Part shown: positions 50,164 to 61,715 of the stretch, in pieces
Position numbering within the stretch: position 1 is the first letter of the stretch
Layout of the letters: each line of letters opens with the position of its first letter
Source: Oceanospirillaceae bacterium
GTDB taxonomy: Bacteria; Pseudomonadota; Gammaproteobacteria; Pseudomonadales; Balneatricaceae
DNA length: 64,000 nt
Direction of reading: 5' to 3'
Assembly: GCA_036960485.1 (NCBI GenBank)
Contig: JBALXS010000016.1
Location: forward strand, 634 to 64,633
The notes under the pieces: model-generated
The model's database searches: none
What the model was told of the DNA's origin: nothing
What the model saw: only the letters and a program-made list of their open reading frames with translations
Made by a program: the position numbers and the translations under genes

Positions 50164-51447
50164 TCAATGTTCGTCAATCTTTGAAGCAAAGAGCTTTCTA
50201 AAAACAGGGTATATATCGGCGCTTTCCCTTACTTGCTGCATCGCAAACTCTGTTGGATAGTGCTGCTGTAAATAAGTGTATTCATGCCAGAGGTTTTGAT
50301 GCACTGCGGATGTTATCTCTACATAAGCAAAATATTGAATCATCGGTAAAATTTTCTTCTTCAAAAGTTGGCTACATAACTCGGAATCGTTATCCCAATT
50401 ATCGCCATCGGACGCTTGCGCGACATAGACGTTATATTGATCTTGTGGGTAGCGCTCGGTGATTACTTGTGAGGTTAGCTCTAATGCGCTAGAAACGATG
50501 GTGCCTCCTGTTTCTCTAGAATAAAAAAACTCTTGCTCGTCTACCTCTGTTGCTCTCGTGTGGTGGCGGATAAACACGACTTCAGTTTTTTGATAATTTC
50601 GTTTTATAAATAAATATAAAAGCGTAAAGAAACGTTTTGCGAGCTCTTTAACACTTTGCGTCATAGAACCGGAAACATCCATGATGCAAACGATGACAGC
50701 TTTTGTAGAAGGCAGAGGGGTACGTATATAATTGCGATAGCGCAGATCATAAGTATCCAGAAAAGGGATGTGTTTCTTGCTTTTAGATAGCGTTTTAATT
50801 TGTGCTCTAAGGGTTTTAATTTCACTACTGACCTGTGTATTAATAAGGGTATCTTCAAGTAGCCAAAGGCGTTTCTTTAGCTTAGAAGCTTCGTTATCAA
50901 CACTACCTGATAATGCAATTCTTCTCGCATATGCAGCGCGTAATGAGCGGATTAAATGTAATTTGTCTGGAGAGCTGTAACTGGTAAAACCCGCTTGGCG
51001 TGTTTCAAAATTGACGGTGCTCTTAAGCTGCTTTTTAACCAGATTTGGCAATTCTAGCCCTTCAAACATAAAATCAAGAAATTCATCTTGGCTAATATGA
51101 AAAGTAAAATCATCCTCACCGTCACCACTATTGCTGGCGTTTCCGTCCCCTGGGCCTCCTCCTCCAGAGCCTTTAGGTCGTTCAAATTCATCACCGGTAA
51201 TAAATTCTTTATTTCCAGGGAAAACCTTGGTTTGGCTACCGCCTATACCGTGTTGGAAAAAAGGCTCGCTGGTATTATCGCGAGCAATAGTCACTTGCCC
51301 ACCACGGTCAATATCTTGAATAGAGCGATCTTTTAATGAATCTTCTACCGCTCTTTTAATTTGGCGACGATAACGTTTTATAAAACGCTGTCTATTAACA
51401 GTGCTTTTTTTCTTACTATTTAGGCGACGGTCGATGATAAAACTCAT
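50164..51447 (-). CDS. yeaH: YeaH/YhbH family protein (vWA-like)
   Basis: IDRRLN..KS.VNRQRF, MDVSGSM, FIRHHT, ETGGT.VSSAL, QASDGDNW. Start placed at MSFIIDRR. Confidence 0.95.
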   Translation of the reverse strand: MSFIIDRRLNSKKKSTVNRQRFIKRYRRQIKRAVEDSLKDRSIQDIDRGGQVTIARDNTSEPFFQHGIGGSQTKVFPGNKEFITGDEFERPKGSGGGGPGDGNASNSGDGEDDFTFHISQDEFLDFMFEGLELPNLVKKQLKSTVNFETRQAGFTSYSSPDKLHLIRSLRAAYARRIALSGSVDNEASKLKKRLWLLEDTLINTQVSSEIKTLRAQIKTLSKSKKHIPFLDTYDLRYRNYIRTPLPSTKAVIVCIMDVSGSMTQSVKELAKRFFTLLYLFIKRNYQKTEVVFIRHHTRATEVDEQEFFYSRETGGTIVSSALELTSQVITERYPQDQYNVYVAQASDGDNWDNDSELCSQLLKKKILPMIQYFAYVEITSAVHQNLWHEYTYLQQHYPTEFAMQQVRESADIYPVFRKLFASKIDEH

Positions 51448-51513
51448 ATTCCGTTTTCCTATGTTGTAGGGTGTGCTGAATGAAGCTATTTTCATAGCGC
51501 TGAGTAAATCAGA

Positions 51514-53439
51514 TTATTGAGATTTTCTAACTCTGATATACCATTCAGACAGGAGTCTTACTTGCTTTTCAGTGTAACCACGCTTGATCATGCGTTTAAC
51601 AAACTCAGCATGTTTATCGTTATCATCAGATGAGGCTCTAGTGTTAAATGAAATGACGGGTAGTAAATCTTCTGTATTGGAAAACATTTTCTTTTCAATG
51701 ACAGAACGCATTTTTTCAAAACTCATCCAAGAAGGATTCTTGCCATCATTATTCGCTTTTGCGCGTAATACAAAATTAACAATTTCATGACGAAAATCTT
51801 TAGGATTACTGATGCCTGCTGGTTTTTCGATTTTTTCCAATTCATCGTTGATAGATTGACGATTGAGCATATCACCCGTTTGTGGGTCACGGTATTCTTG
51901 ATCTTGGATCCAAAAATCTGCATAAATGACATATCGGTCAAATACGTTTTGCCCGTACTCTGAATAGGATTCTAAATAAGCGGTCTGAATTTCTTTACCT
52001 AAAAGCTCAATATATTTAGGCGAGATGTACTCTTTTATAAAACCAATGTATTTGTCTTGTATTTCTTTAGAGAATTGCTGCTGTTCAATTTCTTTCTCTA
52101 AGACATACATTAGATGAACGGGGTTAGCTGCAACTTCTGATGGATCGAAATTAAAAACTTTAGATAATATTTTAAAAGCGAAACGGGTAGATAAACCATT
52201 CATGCCTTCATCGACACCCGCATAATCTTTGTATTCTTGAATAGGTTTAGCTTTAGGATCAGTGTCTTTTAAGTTTTCGCCATTATAAATACGCATCTTA
52301 GAGTAAACGTTTGAGTTCTCGGGTTCTTTTAAGCGCGAGAGAACCGAAAACTGAGCGAGCATTTTTAATGTGTCAGGAGCACAAGGTGCCTGTGAAAGCG
52401 AGCTATCGCGTAATAGCTTTTCATAAATTTTTATTTCTTCAGAAATACGTAAACAGTAAGGTATTTTAACGATATTGACGCGATCAATAAACGCTTCATT
52501 AGTTTTGTTGTTTTTAAACGATTGCCACTCAGATTCATTAGAGTGGGCTAAAATGATACCGTTAAATGGAATAGACCCCATACCTTCAGTGCTATTGTAA
52601 TTCCCCTCCTGAGTCGCTGTTAAAAGTGGGTGCAGCACTTTAATCGGCGCTTTGAACATCTCCACAAATTCCATTAAGCCTTGATTCGCACGGCAAAGAG
52701 CGCCTGAAAAGCTATAAGCATCAGGGTCTTGTTGAGGATATTCTTCGAGTTTTCGAATGTCTACTTTACCTACTAAGCTAGAAATGTCTTGGTTGTTATC
52801 ATCGCCAGGTTCTGTTTTGGCGATTGCAATCTGGTTGAGAATAGAAGGGTACAGTTTAACGACTTTGAATTGTTCAATGTCTCCAGAAAACTCATTTAAT
52901 CTTTTTACTGCCCAAGGTGAAATGATGCCTTTTATATAACGCTCTGGAATGCCGTACTCTTGGCTGAGGATCTCTGCGTCTTCATTCGGATCAAATAGAC
53001 CTAATGGAGACTCGAATACTGGAGAGCCTTTAATTGCATAAAAAGGTATCGCTTGCATTAAGTCTTTAATTTTTTCAGCGATAGATGATTTTCCGCCTCC
53101 AACAGGACCTAGTAAATAGAGGATTTGCTTGCGCTCTTCTAACCCTTGGGCTGCGTGTTTAAAGTAAGCAACAATGGTCTCGATAGCATCTTCAGCACCA
53201 TAAAATTGATCGAAAGCGGGGTAGCGTTTAATAACTTTGTTGGAAAAGATCCTACTTAAAATAGGATCTTGTGCGGTATCGACAAGCTCAGGTTCCCCTA
53301 TCGCTTTTAATAACCGCTCAGCGGCGCTGGCATAGGTTTCTGGTTTGTCTCTACACAGCTGCAGGTATTCTTGCAGCGTCATTTCTTCCTGAGTTGTAGA
53401 TAAAAAACGTGTTTGATAGCGTGCGAAGATACTCATCAT
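51514..53439 (-). CDS. yeaG: PrkA/YeaG AAA+ serine kinase
   Basis: LLGPVGGGKSS, EPGDDNNQDISSLVGK, EFVEMFKAPIK, SEWYIRVRKS. Confidence 0.96.
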   Translation of the reverse strand: MMSIFARYQTRFLSTTQEEMTLQEYLQLCRDKPETYASAAERLLKAIGEPELVDTAQDPILSRIFSNKVIKRYPAFDQFYGAEDAIETIVAYFKHAAQGLEERKQILYLLGPVGGGKSSIAEKIKDLMQAIPFYAIKGSPVFESPLGLFDPNEDAEILSQEYGIPERYIKGIISPWAVKRLNEFSGDIEQFKVVKLYPSILNQIAIAKTEPGDDNNQDISSLVGKVDIRKLEEYPQQDPDAYSFSGALCRANQGLMEFVEMFKAPIKVLHPLLTATQEGNYNSTEGMGSIPFNGIILAHSNESEWQSFKNNKTNEAFIDRVNIVKIPYCLRISEEIKIYEKLLRDSSLSQAPCAPDTLKMLAQFSVLSRLKEPENSNVYSKMRIYNGENLKDTDPKAKPIQEYKDYAGVDEGMNGLSTRFAFKILSKVFNFDPSEVAANPVHLMYVLEKEIEQQQFSKEIQDKYIGFIKEYISPKYIELLGKEIQTAYLESYSEYGQNVFDRYVIYADFWIQDQEYRDPQTGDMLNRQSINDELEKIEKPAGISNPKDFRHEIVNFVLRAKANNDGKNPSWMSFEKMRSVIEKKMFSNTEDLLPVISFNTRASSDDNDKHAEFVKRMIKRGYTEKQVRLLSEWYIRVRKSQ

Positions 53440-53983
53440 TGATCACCTTCTTAGTTGGTTTCTGTTACGTGGGTAAGCCTTTTTAGTACTATTTAAATAA
53501 ATTGAAATTGAATTCGTCAATATCTAAAGCAGTATTGAAATTAAGTAAATCGAACAATTTATGATTACATATAGAGAGAGGAGGAATACATACCCTTCAA
53601 TCGTCTGCCTGTTGTTAGCAGTTTGAAATCAATTTAAGTGTAGTAATTACAATTAGTATAAAGCTGGTTTTAGGTTTAAAAAATAATATGCACTGATTGT
53701 GAAATATATGGATGAAGACAAAGCGATAAAACTAGCTTTATACCAAATATGACTGGTAGTGATGGTATAAGTTCCTGATTTATAATTACACAAAAGATCA
53801 AAAGTAAGCAAGCACTTAAATATGGGCTATTGCAAATAGTACTAAAAAAAGAATGGTTTTTGTGACTGTCAATAGAGGGGGAGGGCATTAAAATGGCAAA
53901 AGTAAGGTTATAAAACCGATTCATGTCCAAATATTATTTAGCCCATGAATCGGTGTTACCGCGAAGATTAGCGGCCTAAATAG

Positions 53984-55483
53984 TTACAAATTGTAGGTAA
54001 CAGCTAGGAAGCCAATAACACTAAGTACAATAGTATAAGGCAGTGCCATAAGTACCATTTTACCGTATGACAATCTGATTAGTGGAGCTAAAGCAGATGT
54101 TAACAAGAATAAAAAGGCAGCCTGGCCGTTAGGTGTCGCAACACTTGGTAAATTCGTACCGGTGTTGATCGCAATAGCAAGTAATTCAAACTGTGCTCGA
54201 TCTATAGTGCCATTTTTAAAGGCAGCAGCAACTTCATTGATATAAACAGTCGCAACAAAAACGTTATCACTGATGGCTGATAGGAAACCATTGGCAATAA
54301 AGAACATCCCCGGTTGTACCTCTCTAGGCATAGTTAATACATAGTTAATAATTGGGCTAAATAAATGCTGCTCATGAATCACTGAAACAATGACGAAAAA
54401 CACCACGAGTAAAGCAGTGAAAGGCAGTGCTTCTTCAAATGCTTTACCAATTTGGTGTTCTTCAACAATACCGTTGAATGCTGTCAGCAAGATAATGACA
54501 GATAAACCAATTAAGCCTACCGCAGCCCAGTGAAATGCTAGTGCAAATACTAAGAAAAAAGCGACTAAAATTTGTACGCCTAATTTTACTTTATCTCTTT
54601 GGTCGCGTTTAGCTTCTTCTTTACGATTAAACTCTTCTAAAATTTCACGTACTGAATCTGGCAATAAAGTACCGTAATCAAGTATTTTGTATTTTTCTAA
54701 TGCTATACAAGTTAGTAGGCCAGCAATTAACACTGGCATTGAAACAGGCGCCATTTTTACGAAGAAGGTAATAAAGTCCCAGCCCATTTTATCGGCAATA
54801 AGTAAGTTTTGTGGCTCGCCTACTATAGTACATACGCCGCCAAGTGCGGTACCAACAGCGCCGTGCATAATCAAACTGCGTAAAAAAGATCTGAATTTTA
54901 GTAAGTCATCACGACGGTCAGCGTTAAGCACATTATCGTTAGTATGATCATGATTATCATGTTTACTACCAGATGCGACTTTGTGATAAACAGAATAAAA
55001 ACCAACACCGACACTAATAAGTACTGCTGTAACCGTTAATGCATCAAGAAAAGCAGAAAGGAACGCCGCAACAATAGAGAACAATAGCGACAAAGCTATT
55101 TTTGAGCGAACGGTAACAAGTAGCTTGGTAAACACCCATAACAGCATGGACTGCATGAAGTAGATACCAGCAACCATGAACATCAGCAGTAATATAACTT
55201 CTAAGTTACTTTCTACTTCATGGTAGACAGTAGCAGGAGTTGCTAATTTGCATATAATGGCTTCTATAGCAAGTAAACCACCGGGCTGTAACGGATAGCA
55301 CTTGAGTGCCAAAGCTAAAGTGAAGATGAATTCAAAGATTAAAACCCAGCCCGCTACAGTTGGGCCAGCCATCCATAATAGAAATGGGTTGATAATCAAG
55401 AAAGCGATAATGGCCTGTTTGTACCAAACTGGCGAACTGCCTAAGAAGTTTTTAAAAATTGACTGAGGTATTGAGGTGGTCAT
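53984..55483 (-). CDS. nhaB: Na+/H+ antiporter NhaB
   Basis: [47 protein letters not shown]. Start placed at MTTSIP. Confidence 0.96.
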   Translation of the reverse strand: MTTSIPQSIFKNFLGSSPVWYKQAIIAFLIINPFLLWMAGPTVAGWVLIFEFIFTLALALKCYPLQPGGLLAIEAIICKLATPATVYHEVESNLEVILLLMFMVAGIYFMQSMLLWVFTKLLVTVRSKIALSLLFSIVAAFLSAFLDALTVTAVLISVGVGFYSVYHKVASGSKHDNHDHTNDNVLNADRRDDLLKFRSFLRSLIMHGAVGTALGGVCTIVGEPQNLLIADKMGWDFITFFVKMAPVSMPVLIAGLLTCIALEKYKILDYGTLLPDSVREILEEFNRKEEAKRDQRDKVKLGVQILVAFFLVFALAFHWAAVGLIGLSVIILLTAFNGIVEEHQIGKAFEEALPFTALLVVFFVIVSVIHEQHLFSPIINYVLTMPREVQPGMFFIANGFLSAISDNVFVATVYINEVAAAFKNGTIDRAQFELLAIAINTGTNLPSVATPNGQAAFLFLLTSALAPLIRLSYGKMVLMALPYTIVLSVIGFLAVTYNL

Positions 55484-55893
55484 ATCAAATATGTCCTTAA
55501 AAGTGAGTAAAATTTTGTTGTTTGTGCAGCGAAGGTACATGCATTATCAATTCACTGACATTTTCCATTCGTGTCAGCTTGCTAATAGCTGAATTTTAAG
55601 TTTAGATTTAGTTGTTTAAGCGTTTATATTTAGAATAATTTGATTCAGTAAAGGTTAGCGGCCAACCAGCAACAATATAAACTAAAGCGTGCTTTTATTG
55701 CTATTTATTATTCTATATCCACTATTTATTATTTCCAATATAGCAACGTATTAATTACTATATTTTTTATTTAAAATAATGATTTTAATGGTACTTTTTT
55801 GAGATTTTCAATATTATAGTGGTATTAAAAATGTAATTTAAGCCCTGATATCAATAAATTATTAGATAATGAGTATATAGAAAAGAAAAATAA

Positions 55894-56259
55894 TTAACTG
55901 CTAAGCTTTTGGTTATCTCCTGTTCTTTTTTTGAATAGCTTACCAAGAGAAGTTGCAAGAATAACATTGCCTTGTGCTTTTAAACTACCTTTCATAAAAG
56001 CGGACATTCCGTCAATTTCACCTAGCATTAAAGCGACAAAAGTATCCTCGTCCATGATTAAAGTAATATTTGGATCTTCGTGTTCTTGCATGACAATGGT
56101 GCATTTTTGATCGTTTATCTCAATATAAAAAGATAGTTGATTAGACAGTTTAAATTGAAACACCGCCTGCATATCTTTTGCTTGATCACTCTGAAATCTT
56201 GAAGGTAATTTAGCAATAATTTGTCCAGTTGTTATTTTTGTTGCCGGGTTATCAGACAT
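55894..56259 (-). CDS. SCP2 sterol/lipid-binding domain protein
   Basis: AVFQF, G..DGMSAFMKGSLKAQGNVILA. Confidence 0.9.
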   Translation of the reverse strand: MSDNPATKITTGQIIAKLPSRFQSDQAKDMQAVFQFKLSNQLSFYIEINDQKCTIVMQEHEDPNITLIMDEDTFVALMLGEIDGMSAFMKGSLKAQGNVILATSLGKLFKKRTGDNQKLSS

Positions 56260-56359
56260 TTGTTTTGAACCTGTCGAAATGCTTTAGAAAAAATTGTTTA
56301 ATAAAGGATTTATGGTACATTAAAGCCTTGCTTGAGTAACGGAATTTTGGAGATTTAGA

Positions 56360-57547
56360 TTGGTTAATTTTTTGTTTGAATATGGGATGTTTTTAGCTAA
56401 AGCTATAACGGTAATACTAACCGTATTTATAGTGCTAGTGGGCGTTTTGGTTATTAGTTCCAGAAGTAAGAAAGATAATTCGCAAGGTGAAATAAGCTTA
56501 GTTTCGCTTAATGATAGCTTTGAGGAAATGAAAGACGCCATAGAATCTGTGGTAATCGATGGTGAAGTTTATAAACAGCAAATGAAGGCATTGCACAAAA
56601 AAGAAAAGAAGGAAGCGAAAGAGAAAAAGAAACTGGCTAAAGTTGAAGCTAAACTTGCTGAAAAAGCTTTAAAAAATTCAGCGAATGAAAGTAAGCCGAA
56701 CCAAGAAAACGTTGTGTTAACTTCAACCTCAGATTCAAATGCTTCCGTTAAGGATGAGCAGGAAGATGGAGAGTTTGATGAAGAGCGCAAAAGAATTTTT
56801 GTGTTAGATTTTGATGGGGACATCCGCGCTTCAGAAGTTAGCTTACTGCGCGAAGAGATTTCAGCGGTGCTGTCTTTTGCATCACAAACTGATGAAGTGG
56901 TACTACGCTTAGATAGTTCAGGTGGAATGGTTCATACATATGGTCTAGCGGCCTCGCAGTTAGAGCGCATTAAATCAGCGAACATTAAATTAACCATTTG
57001 CGTTGATGAAGTTGCAGCATCTGGTGGCTATATGATGGCTTGTCTTGCTGATAAATTAATAGCAGCGCCGTTTGCAATACTAGGTTCTATTGGTGTGGTA
57101 GCACAATTACCAAACTTTAATCGCGTATTAAAGAAGCATGGTGTTGATTACGAAACATTTACCGCTGGGGAATATAAGCGAACAGTAACTATGTTTGGTG
57201 AAAATACCGAAAAAGGTAAAGAGAAGTTCATAGAGGAAATCCAAGATACACACCTGTTATTTAAAGAGTTTGTATCCGAGGCCCGCCCAAGCATTGATAT
57301 AGATAAAATAGCGACGGGTGAAGTATGGTTTGGTAAGCGTGCTATTGAACATAATTTAGTAGATGAGCTAAACACCTCTGATGATCATCTGATGAATATT
57401 TGCCAGAGTGCAGATGTTTACCAAGTACGCTATGAAATGAAAAAAACATTTGGTGAAAAACTCAGTGATTTAACGGTGAAAACAAGTAGTAATGTAGTGG
57501 GAGCTGTATTACATAAAATAACTAGATCTACAAATTTCCTACGTTAA
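56360..57547 (+). CDS. sohB: S49 peptidase SohB
   Basis: FLFEYGMFLAKA, LDSSGGMVHTYGLAASQL, AASGGYMMAC, GSIGVVAQLPN, ATGEVWFG. Confidence 0.94.
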   Translation: MVNFLFEYGMFLAKAITVILTVFIVLVGVLVISSRSKKDNSQGEISLVSLNDSFEEMKDAIESVVIDGEVYKQQMKALHKKEKKEAKEKKKLAKVEAKLAEKALKNSANESKPNQENVVLTSTSDSNASVKDEQEDGEFDEERKRIFVLDFDGDIRASEVSLLREEISAVLSFASQTDEVVLRLDSSGGMVHTYGLAASQLERIKSANIKLTICVDEVAASGGYMMACLADKLIAAPFAILGSIGVVAQLPNFNRVLKKHGVDYETFTAGEYKRTVTMFGENTEKGKEKFIEEIQDTHLLFKEFVSEARPSIDIDKIATGEVWFGKRAIEHNLVDELNTSDDHLMNICQSADVYQVRYEMKKTFGEKLSDLTVKTSSNVVGAVLHKITRSTNFLR

Positions 57548-57584
57548 CGTGTTAAAAACCATTAGCTTGTAGTATCTTTAGGGT

Positions 57585-57602
57585 TTTAAACAGGCGCTTG
57601 AA
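57585..57602 (+). promoter_or_regulatory. Probable PsrA autoregulatory operator
   Basis: TTTAAACAGGCGCTTGAA is similar to the recalled TTCAAAC-N4-GTTTGAA site; ~40 nt upstream of the TetR gene. Confidence 0.45.
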
Positions 57603-57641
57603 TTGCCTCTTTACGATTTGCAATTTAAAAACGGTGGTTAA

Positions 57642-58301
57642 ATGGCTCAATCTAAGACAGCAAAGCAAATACTTGATGCAGCAGAAACACTTTTTGCAGA
57701 GCAAGGTTTTATTGAAACGACTATGCGCCAGATTACCAAAGAGGCGAACGTTAATCTGGCAGCCATTAACTACCATTTTGGTTCTAAGCAAGGTCTTATA
57801 CAATCAGTCGCAGAGCATTTTTTGCGCCCGTTTTCTGAATACATAGAAAAGTCATTAGTGCAGCAATCCGTGATCTTAGAAGATATATCTTTGAAAATGG
57901 AGGAATTGCTCGAAATGTTGATGCGTGCTCTATTACATGTAGATCAAGAGAATACATACGCGTTGCTTATGTTTACGCGTTTGTTAGAGCTTGCTTATAT
58001 GAAAAATCAAGCAGATTTGCGGCAGTTTATCCTGGGGCGTTATGGCTCGAAGCTGAAGCCTTTTGTTGATTTAATGCGTACTCAAAGTGCCATGATGGAA
58101 GATGATGAGTTTTTCTGGCGCTTACATTTTGTGATGGGTTCGGTTATTTTTACGCTGTCGAATTATACGATGCTGGCAGAAATCGAAAAAGATAAGTTTA
58201 ATTCAGCGGCTGAAATTGAACGCATTTTACATAGAATGATCCCTGTATTAAGTGCTGGTATGCAGGCTCGTGGCGATAAGCTATATTTTAGCCGCATCTA
58301 A
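57642..58301 (+). CDS. psrA: TetR-family regulator PsrA-like
   Basis: ILDAAE.LFAEQGF, VNLAAINYHFGSK, FFWRLHFVMGS; upstream of nagZ as in Pseudomonas. Confidence 0.8.
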   Translation: MAQSKTAKQILDAAETLFAEQGFIETTMRQITKEANVNLAAINYHFGSKQGLIQSVAEHFLRPFSEYIEKSLVQQSVILEDISLKMEELLEMLMRALLHVDQENTYALLMFTRLLELAYMKNQADLRQFILGRYGSKLKPFVDLMRTQSAMMEDDEFFWRLHFVMGSVIFTLSNYTMLAEIEKDKFNSAAEIERILHRMIPVLSAGMQARGDKLYFSRI

Positions 58302-58341
58302 CTCTCTCCTATCAATACCTCTCTAGTTTTAAGGATTTCTC

Positions 58342-59364
58342 ATGCCATACGGACGACTAATGTTAGATGTCGCAGGTTTAACCTTAACCGCGAATGAGCG
58401 CGAAGTTATTCAACAAAGTCATGTTGGTGGTTTAATACTATTCTCACGCAACTACAGCTCTCGAATACAGTTAGCTGATTTAATCTACGATATACGCCAA
58501 CAAAATTCAAAAATAGTGATCGCTGTTGACCAAGAAGGGGGAAGGGTGCAACGTTTTCGCGATGATTTTGTCACATTGCCCGCGATGTTTTCACTGCATT
58601 TATCCTACCGAAAAAGCCCTGAACTCGCTTTACAACAAGCAACAGAAATGGGTTGGTTAATGGCGAGTGAAATAACAGCGATGGATATTGATATTAGCTT
58701 TGCTCCTGTGCTTGATTTGCATTGGGCACATAGTCAGGTGATAGGAAATCGTTCTTTTGGCGCCTCTCATCTGCAAGTGAGTGCGTTAACGACGAGTTTT
58801 ATTCAAGGAATGCACCAAGCTGGTATGAGATCCACAGGCAAACATTTTCCTGGGCACGGCTGGGCAACTGCTGATTCACATCTACAAGCAGCGGTGGATG
58901 AGCGTAGTCTTGAGGCTATCAGGCAAGATGATTTACAACCATTTACAGCTTTGATCAAAGCGGGGCTAGATGCACTAATGCCTGCACATGTTATCTATTC
59001 ACAAGTAGATCCTAATCCCGCTGGTTTTTCAGCTTTCTGGTTGCAAAATGTACTGCGCAATGAATTGCAATTTGAGGGCGTTATTTTTAGCGATGATTTA
59101 AGTATGGAAGCGGCTAGTTTTGCTCAAGATAGCGCTACTCAATTTTCAGATCGAGCCAAAGCAGCGCTTGAAGCAGGGTGTGATACAGCGCTAGTATGCA
59201 ATAATCCAAAAGGTGCAATTGAAGTGCTAGATTACTTAAATAAGCAGCGAGTAGTAAAATCAGAACGTCTTGGACGGATGAGACGTAGTGCAGTGGCAAA
59301 GGATGCGCAACGATTTGAAAAAGCTGTTCATATAGCAAGCGATTTACAGTTACTTTGTCAATGA
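58342..59364 (+). CDS. nagZ: Beta-N-acetylhexosaminidase (GH3)
   Basis: VDQEGGRVQRF, KHFPGHG...DSH, FSDDLSM. Confidence 0.96.
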   Translation: MPYGRLMLDVAGLTLTANEREVIQQSHVGGLILFSRNYSSRIQLADLIYDIRQQNSKIVIAVDQEGGRVQRFRDDFVTLPAMFSLHLSYRKSPELALQQATEMGWLMASEITAMDIDISFAPVLDLHWAHSQVIGNRSFGASHLQVSALTTSFIQGMHQAGMRSTGKHFPGHGWATADSHLQAAVDERSLEAIRQDDLQPFTALIKAGLDALMPAHVIYSQVDPNPAGFSAFWLQNVLRNELQFEGVIFSDDLSMEAASFAQDSATQFSDRAKAALEAGCDTALVCNNPKGAIEVLDYLNKQRVVKSERLGRMRRSAVAKDAQRFEKAVHIASDLQLLCQ

Positions 59365-59383
59365 TGTTAAAGAGGAGAATGCA

Positions 59384-60559
59384 GTGCAAGACGAGTTAAA
59401 GCAAGAAGTTTTAGATATAGAGAGATGGCTATCCGCTTATTTAGCACTAGGTTCAGAAGGGACTTGGTTGGTAGCTGTTTTTAGCATTATATTTTTAACA
59501 CTGGTTTGTGCGTTTTTTGCGAGAATTTTCTTTAATAGATTAGAGTTACAGTTAGTAAAAACCAAAAATCATTGGGATGATATATTACTGCACGCCATGC
59601 GCAGGCCAATTATCTTTATGATTTGGTTACTAGGTGGCTCATTAGCTATTTTTTCGGGTCATGTCGTGCTGAATGACCTGGGCAGTGATGCTAGTAATGT
59701 CTTACTAGATATTGCTCGCCCGTTACGTAAAGTAGGCATCATTTTACTGGTTGCTTGGTTTTTAATTCGCTTTATCAGTTTAGCTGAAATCAAGCTGATA
59801 GACCCAGCAGGAATTGATACTACTTTAGATCACACCACGATCAGTGCTTTTGGTAAACTGCTACGCCTTTCGATTATCATTACCGTATCTTTGGTGGTGT
59901 TACAAACTTTAGGGTATAGCGTTTCTGGCGTATTGGCTTTTGGTGGTATAGGGGGGATCGCCATCGGCTTTGCTGCAAAAGATCTGCTGGCGAACTTCTT
60001 TGGCGGTCTAATGATCTATATGGACAGGCCTTTCAAGGTTGGAGATTGGGTTCGCTCTCCAGATAAAAATATTGAAGGTGTAGTGGAAGATATCGGTTGG
60101 CGGTTAACACGCATCCGCACTTTTGAGCAAAGGCCTTTATATGTGCCAAACGCAACCTTTACGAGTATTTCTGTTGAGAATCCTTCACGCATGAGTAATC
60201 GCAGAATTTACGAAACGATTGGTGTTCGCTACTCAGATATAGCAACGCTGAGTGCCATTTTGGCAGATGTTCGAATTATGCTAAACGAGCATAAAGATAT
60301 TGATTTAGAGCAAACGTTAATGGTCAATTTTAATAAAATGGCCGAATCATCTTTAGAATTTTTTATCTATACATTCACCAAGACCACCAACTGGGAGCGC
60401 TATCATCGCATAAAAGAGGATGTGCTGTTTAAAGTGGCAATTATTGTTGAGCAACACAATGCGCAGATTGCTTTTCCAACCAATACCGTCATGCTAGAAC
60501 TAAATGAGCCCGCTAAAGTGATGCAAGGCGAGTTCTTTAAAGATGATGCTATAAGGTAA
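59384..60559 (+). CDS. MscS-family mechanosensitive channel
   Basis: GGIGGIAIGFAAKDLLANFFGG, DRPFKVGDW, GVVEDIGWRLT, FAFP-like IAFPT. Confidence 0.93.
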   Translation: MQDELKQEVLDIERWLSAYLALGSEGTWLVAVFSIIFLTLVCAFFARIFFNRLELQLVKTKNHWDDILLHAMRRPIIFMIWLLGGSLAIFSGHVVLNDLGSDASNVLLDIARPLRKVGIILLVAWFLIRFISLAEIKLIDPAGIDTTLDHTTISAFGKLLRLSIIITVSLVVLQTLGYSVSGVLAFGGIGGIAIGFAAKDLLANFFGGLMIYMDRPFKVGDWVRSPDKNIEGVVEDIGWRLTRIRTFEQRPLYVPNATFTSISVENPSRMSNRRIYETIGVRYSDIATLSAILADVRIMLNEHKDIDLEQTLMVNFNKMAESSLEFFIYTFTKTTNWERYHRIKEDVLFKVAIIVEQHNAQIAFPTNTVMLELNEPAKVMQGEFFKDDAIR

Positions 60560-60740
60560 CAGTGTGTATCAAGCTATGTAAAAAAAGTGATGAAAGGTTT
60601 TACATACTTAAATGGCGCAATAAAAACAGTAATTAAAAATACTATATTAGATACTAGTGACAAGATAAAGGATGCTGTAAGTCCGCTAATCAAAATGTCA
60701 TTGATTAAAGTAAGATTATTAAGCAGAAGTAGAGGTTGTT

Positions 60741-61664
60741 ATGCCAATTAGAATTCCAGATTTACTCCCCGCGGTTGACTTGTTAAACGGTGAAAATGTT
60801 TTCGTGATGACCGAAACAAGAGCGGCGCATCAAGACGTTCGACCTCTTAAAGTGCTACTTCTTAACTTAATGCCCAAAAAGATCGAGACAGAAAATCAGC
60901 TAATTAGAATGTTGGCCAACAGCCCGCTACAGGTAGATTTTGAGCTGTTACGCATTGATAATACAGAAAGTAAAAACACCCCTATTGCACATCTTAATAG
61001 CTTTTATCGTGATTTTGCAGATATCAAAAATGATCATTATGATGGTTTAATTGTCACTGGCGCGCCTTTGGGTAAAGTGCCTTGGGAAGAAGTGCGTTAT
61101 AAAGATGAAGTTGCTGAAATTATTCATTGGTCACAAGAGCATGTTACCTCAACAATGTTCCTATGTTGGGCAGTAGAGGCGGCTTTAAACTTGTTTTATG
61201 ATTTGCCTAAAAAGTTACGAGATCAAAAGCTTTCGGGCATTTATCAGCATAAAACCAGTCATAAGCACGAAACATTAACCCGCGGGTTTGATGATTACTT
61301 TAAAGCGCCGCACTCACGCTTTGCTGATTACCCAGTAAATGTTATTAAGAGCCATACAGATTTGCATATATTAGCCAGTTCAGAAGAAGCGGGTGTATAT
61401 TTAATGGCGAGCAATGATCGCAAGAAAGTGTTTGTGACAGGTCATCCTGAATACGACGCAGAAACGTTGTCTCAAGAATATTGGCGTGATCTTGAAGTAG
61501 ATAGCGAAACTCAAATCCCCAGTGGTTACTTTGCGGATGACGATCCAAATAGCAAGCCTTGCAGCACGTGGCGCTCCCATGCCAGTTTACTATTTGGTAA
61601 TTGGTTGAATTATTACGTATATCAAATTACGCCTTATGATTTAGACGGCGAAGAGGAGTCTTAA
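60741..61664 (+). CDS. metA: Homoserine O-succinyltransferase
   Basis: [40 protein letters not shown]. Confidence 0.95.
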   Translation: MPIRIPDLLPAVDLLNGENVFVMTETRAAHQDVRPLKVLLLNLMPKKIETENQLIRMLANSPLQVDFELLRIDNTESKNTPIAHLNSFYRDFADIKNDHYDGLIVTGAPLGKVPWEEVRYKDEVAEIIHWSQEHVTSTMFLCWAVEAALNLFYDLPKKLRDQKLSGIYQHKTSHKHETLTRGFDDYFKAPHSRFADYPVNVIKSHTDLHILASSEEAGVYLMASNDRKKVFVTGHPEYDAETLSQEYWRDLEVDSETQIPSGYFADDDPNSKPCSTWRSHASLLFGNWLNYYVYQITPYDLDGEEES

Positions 61665-61715
61665 ACGATTCCTCTGTAGTTGAATTTAGGGAGGCATACA
61701 AAAGGATTTTACTTG

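Noticed and set aside
56256-56273. Second PsrA-like site over the SCP2 start codon
   Set aside because: About four mismatches to the recalled consensus in AT-rich sequence.
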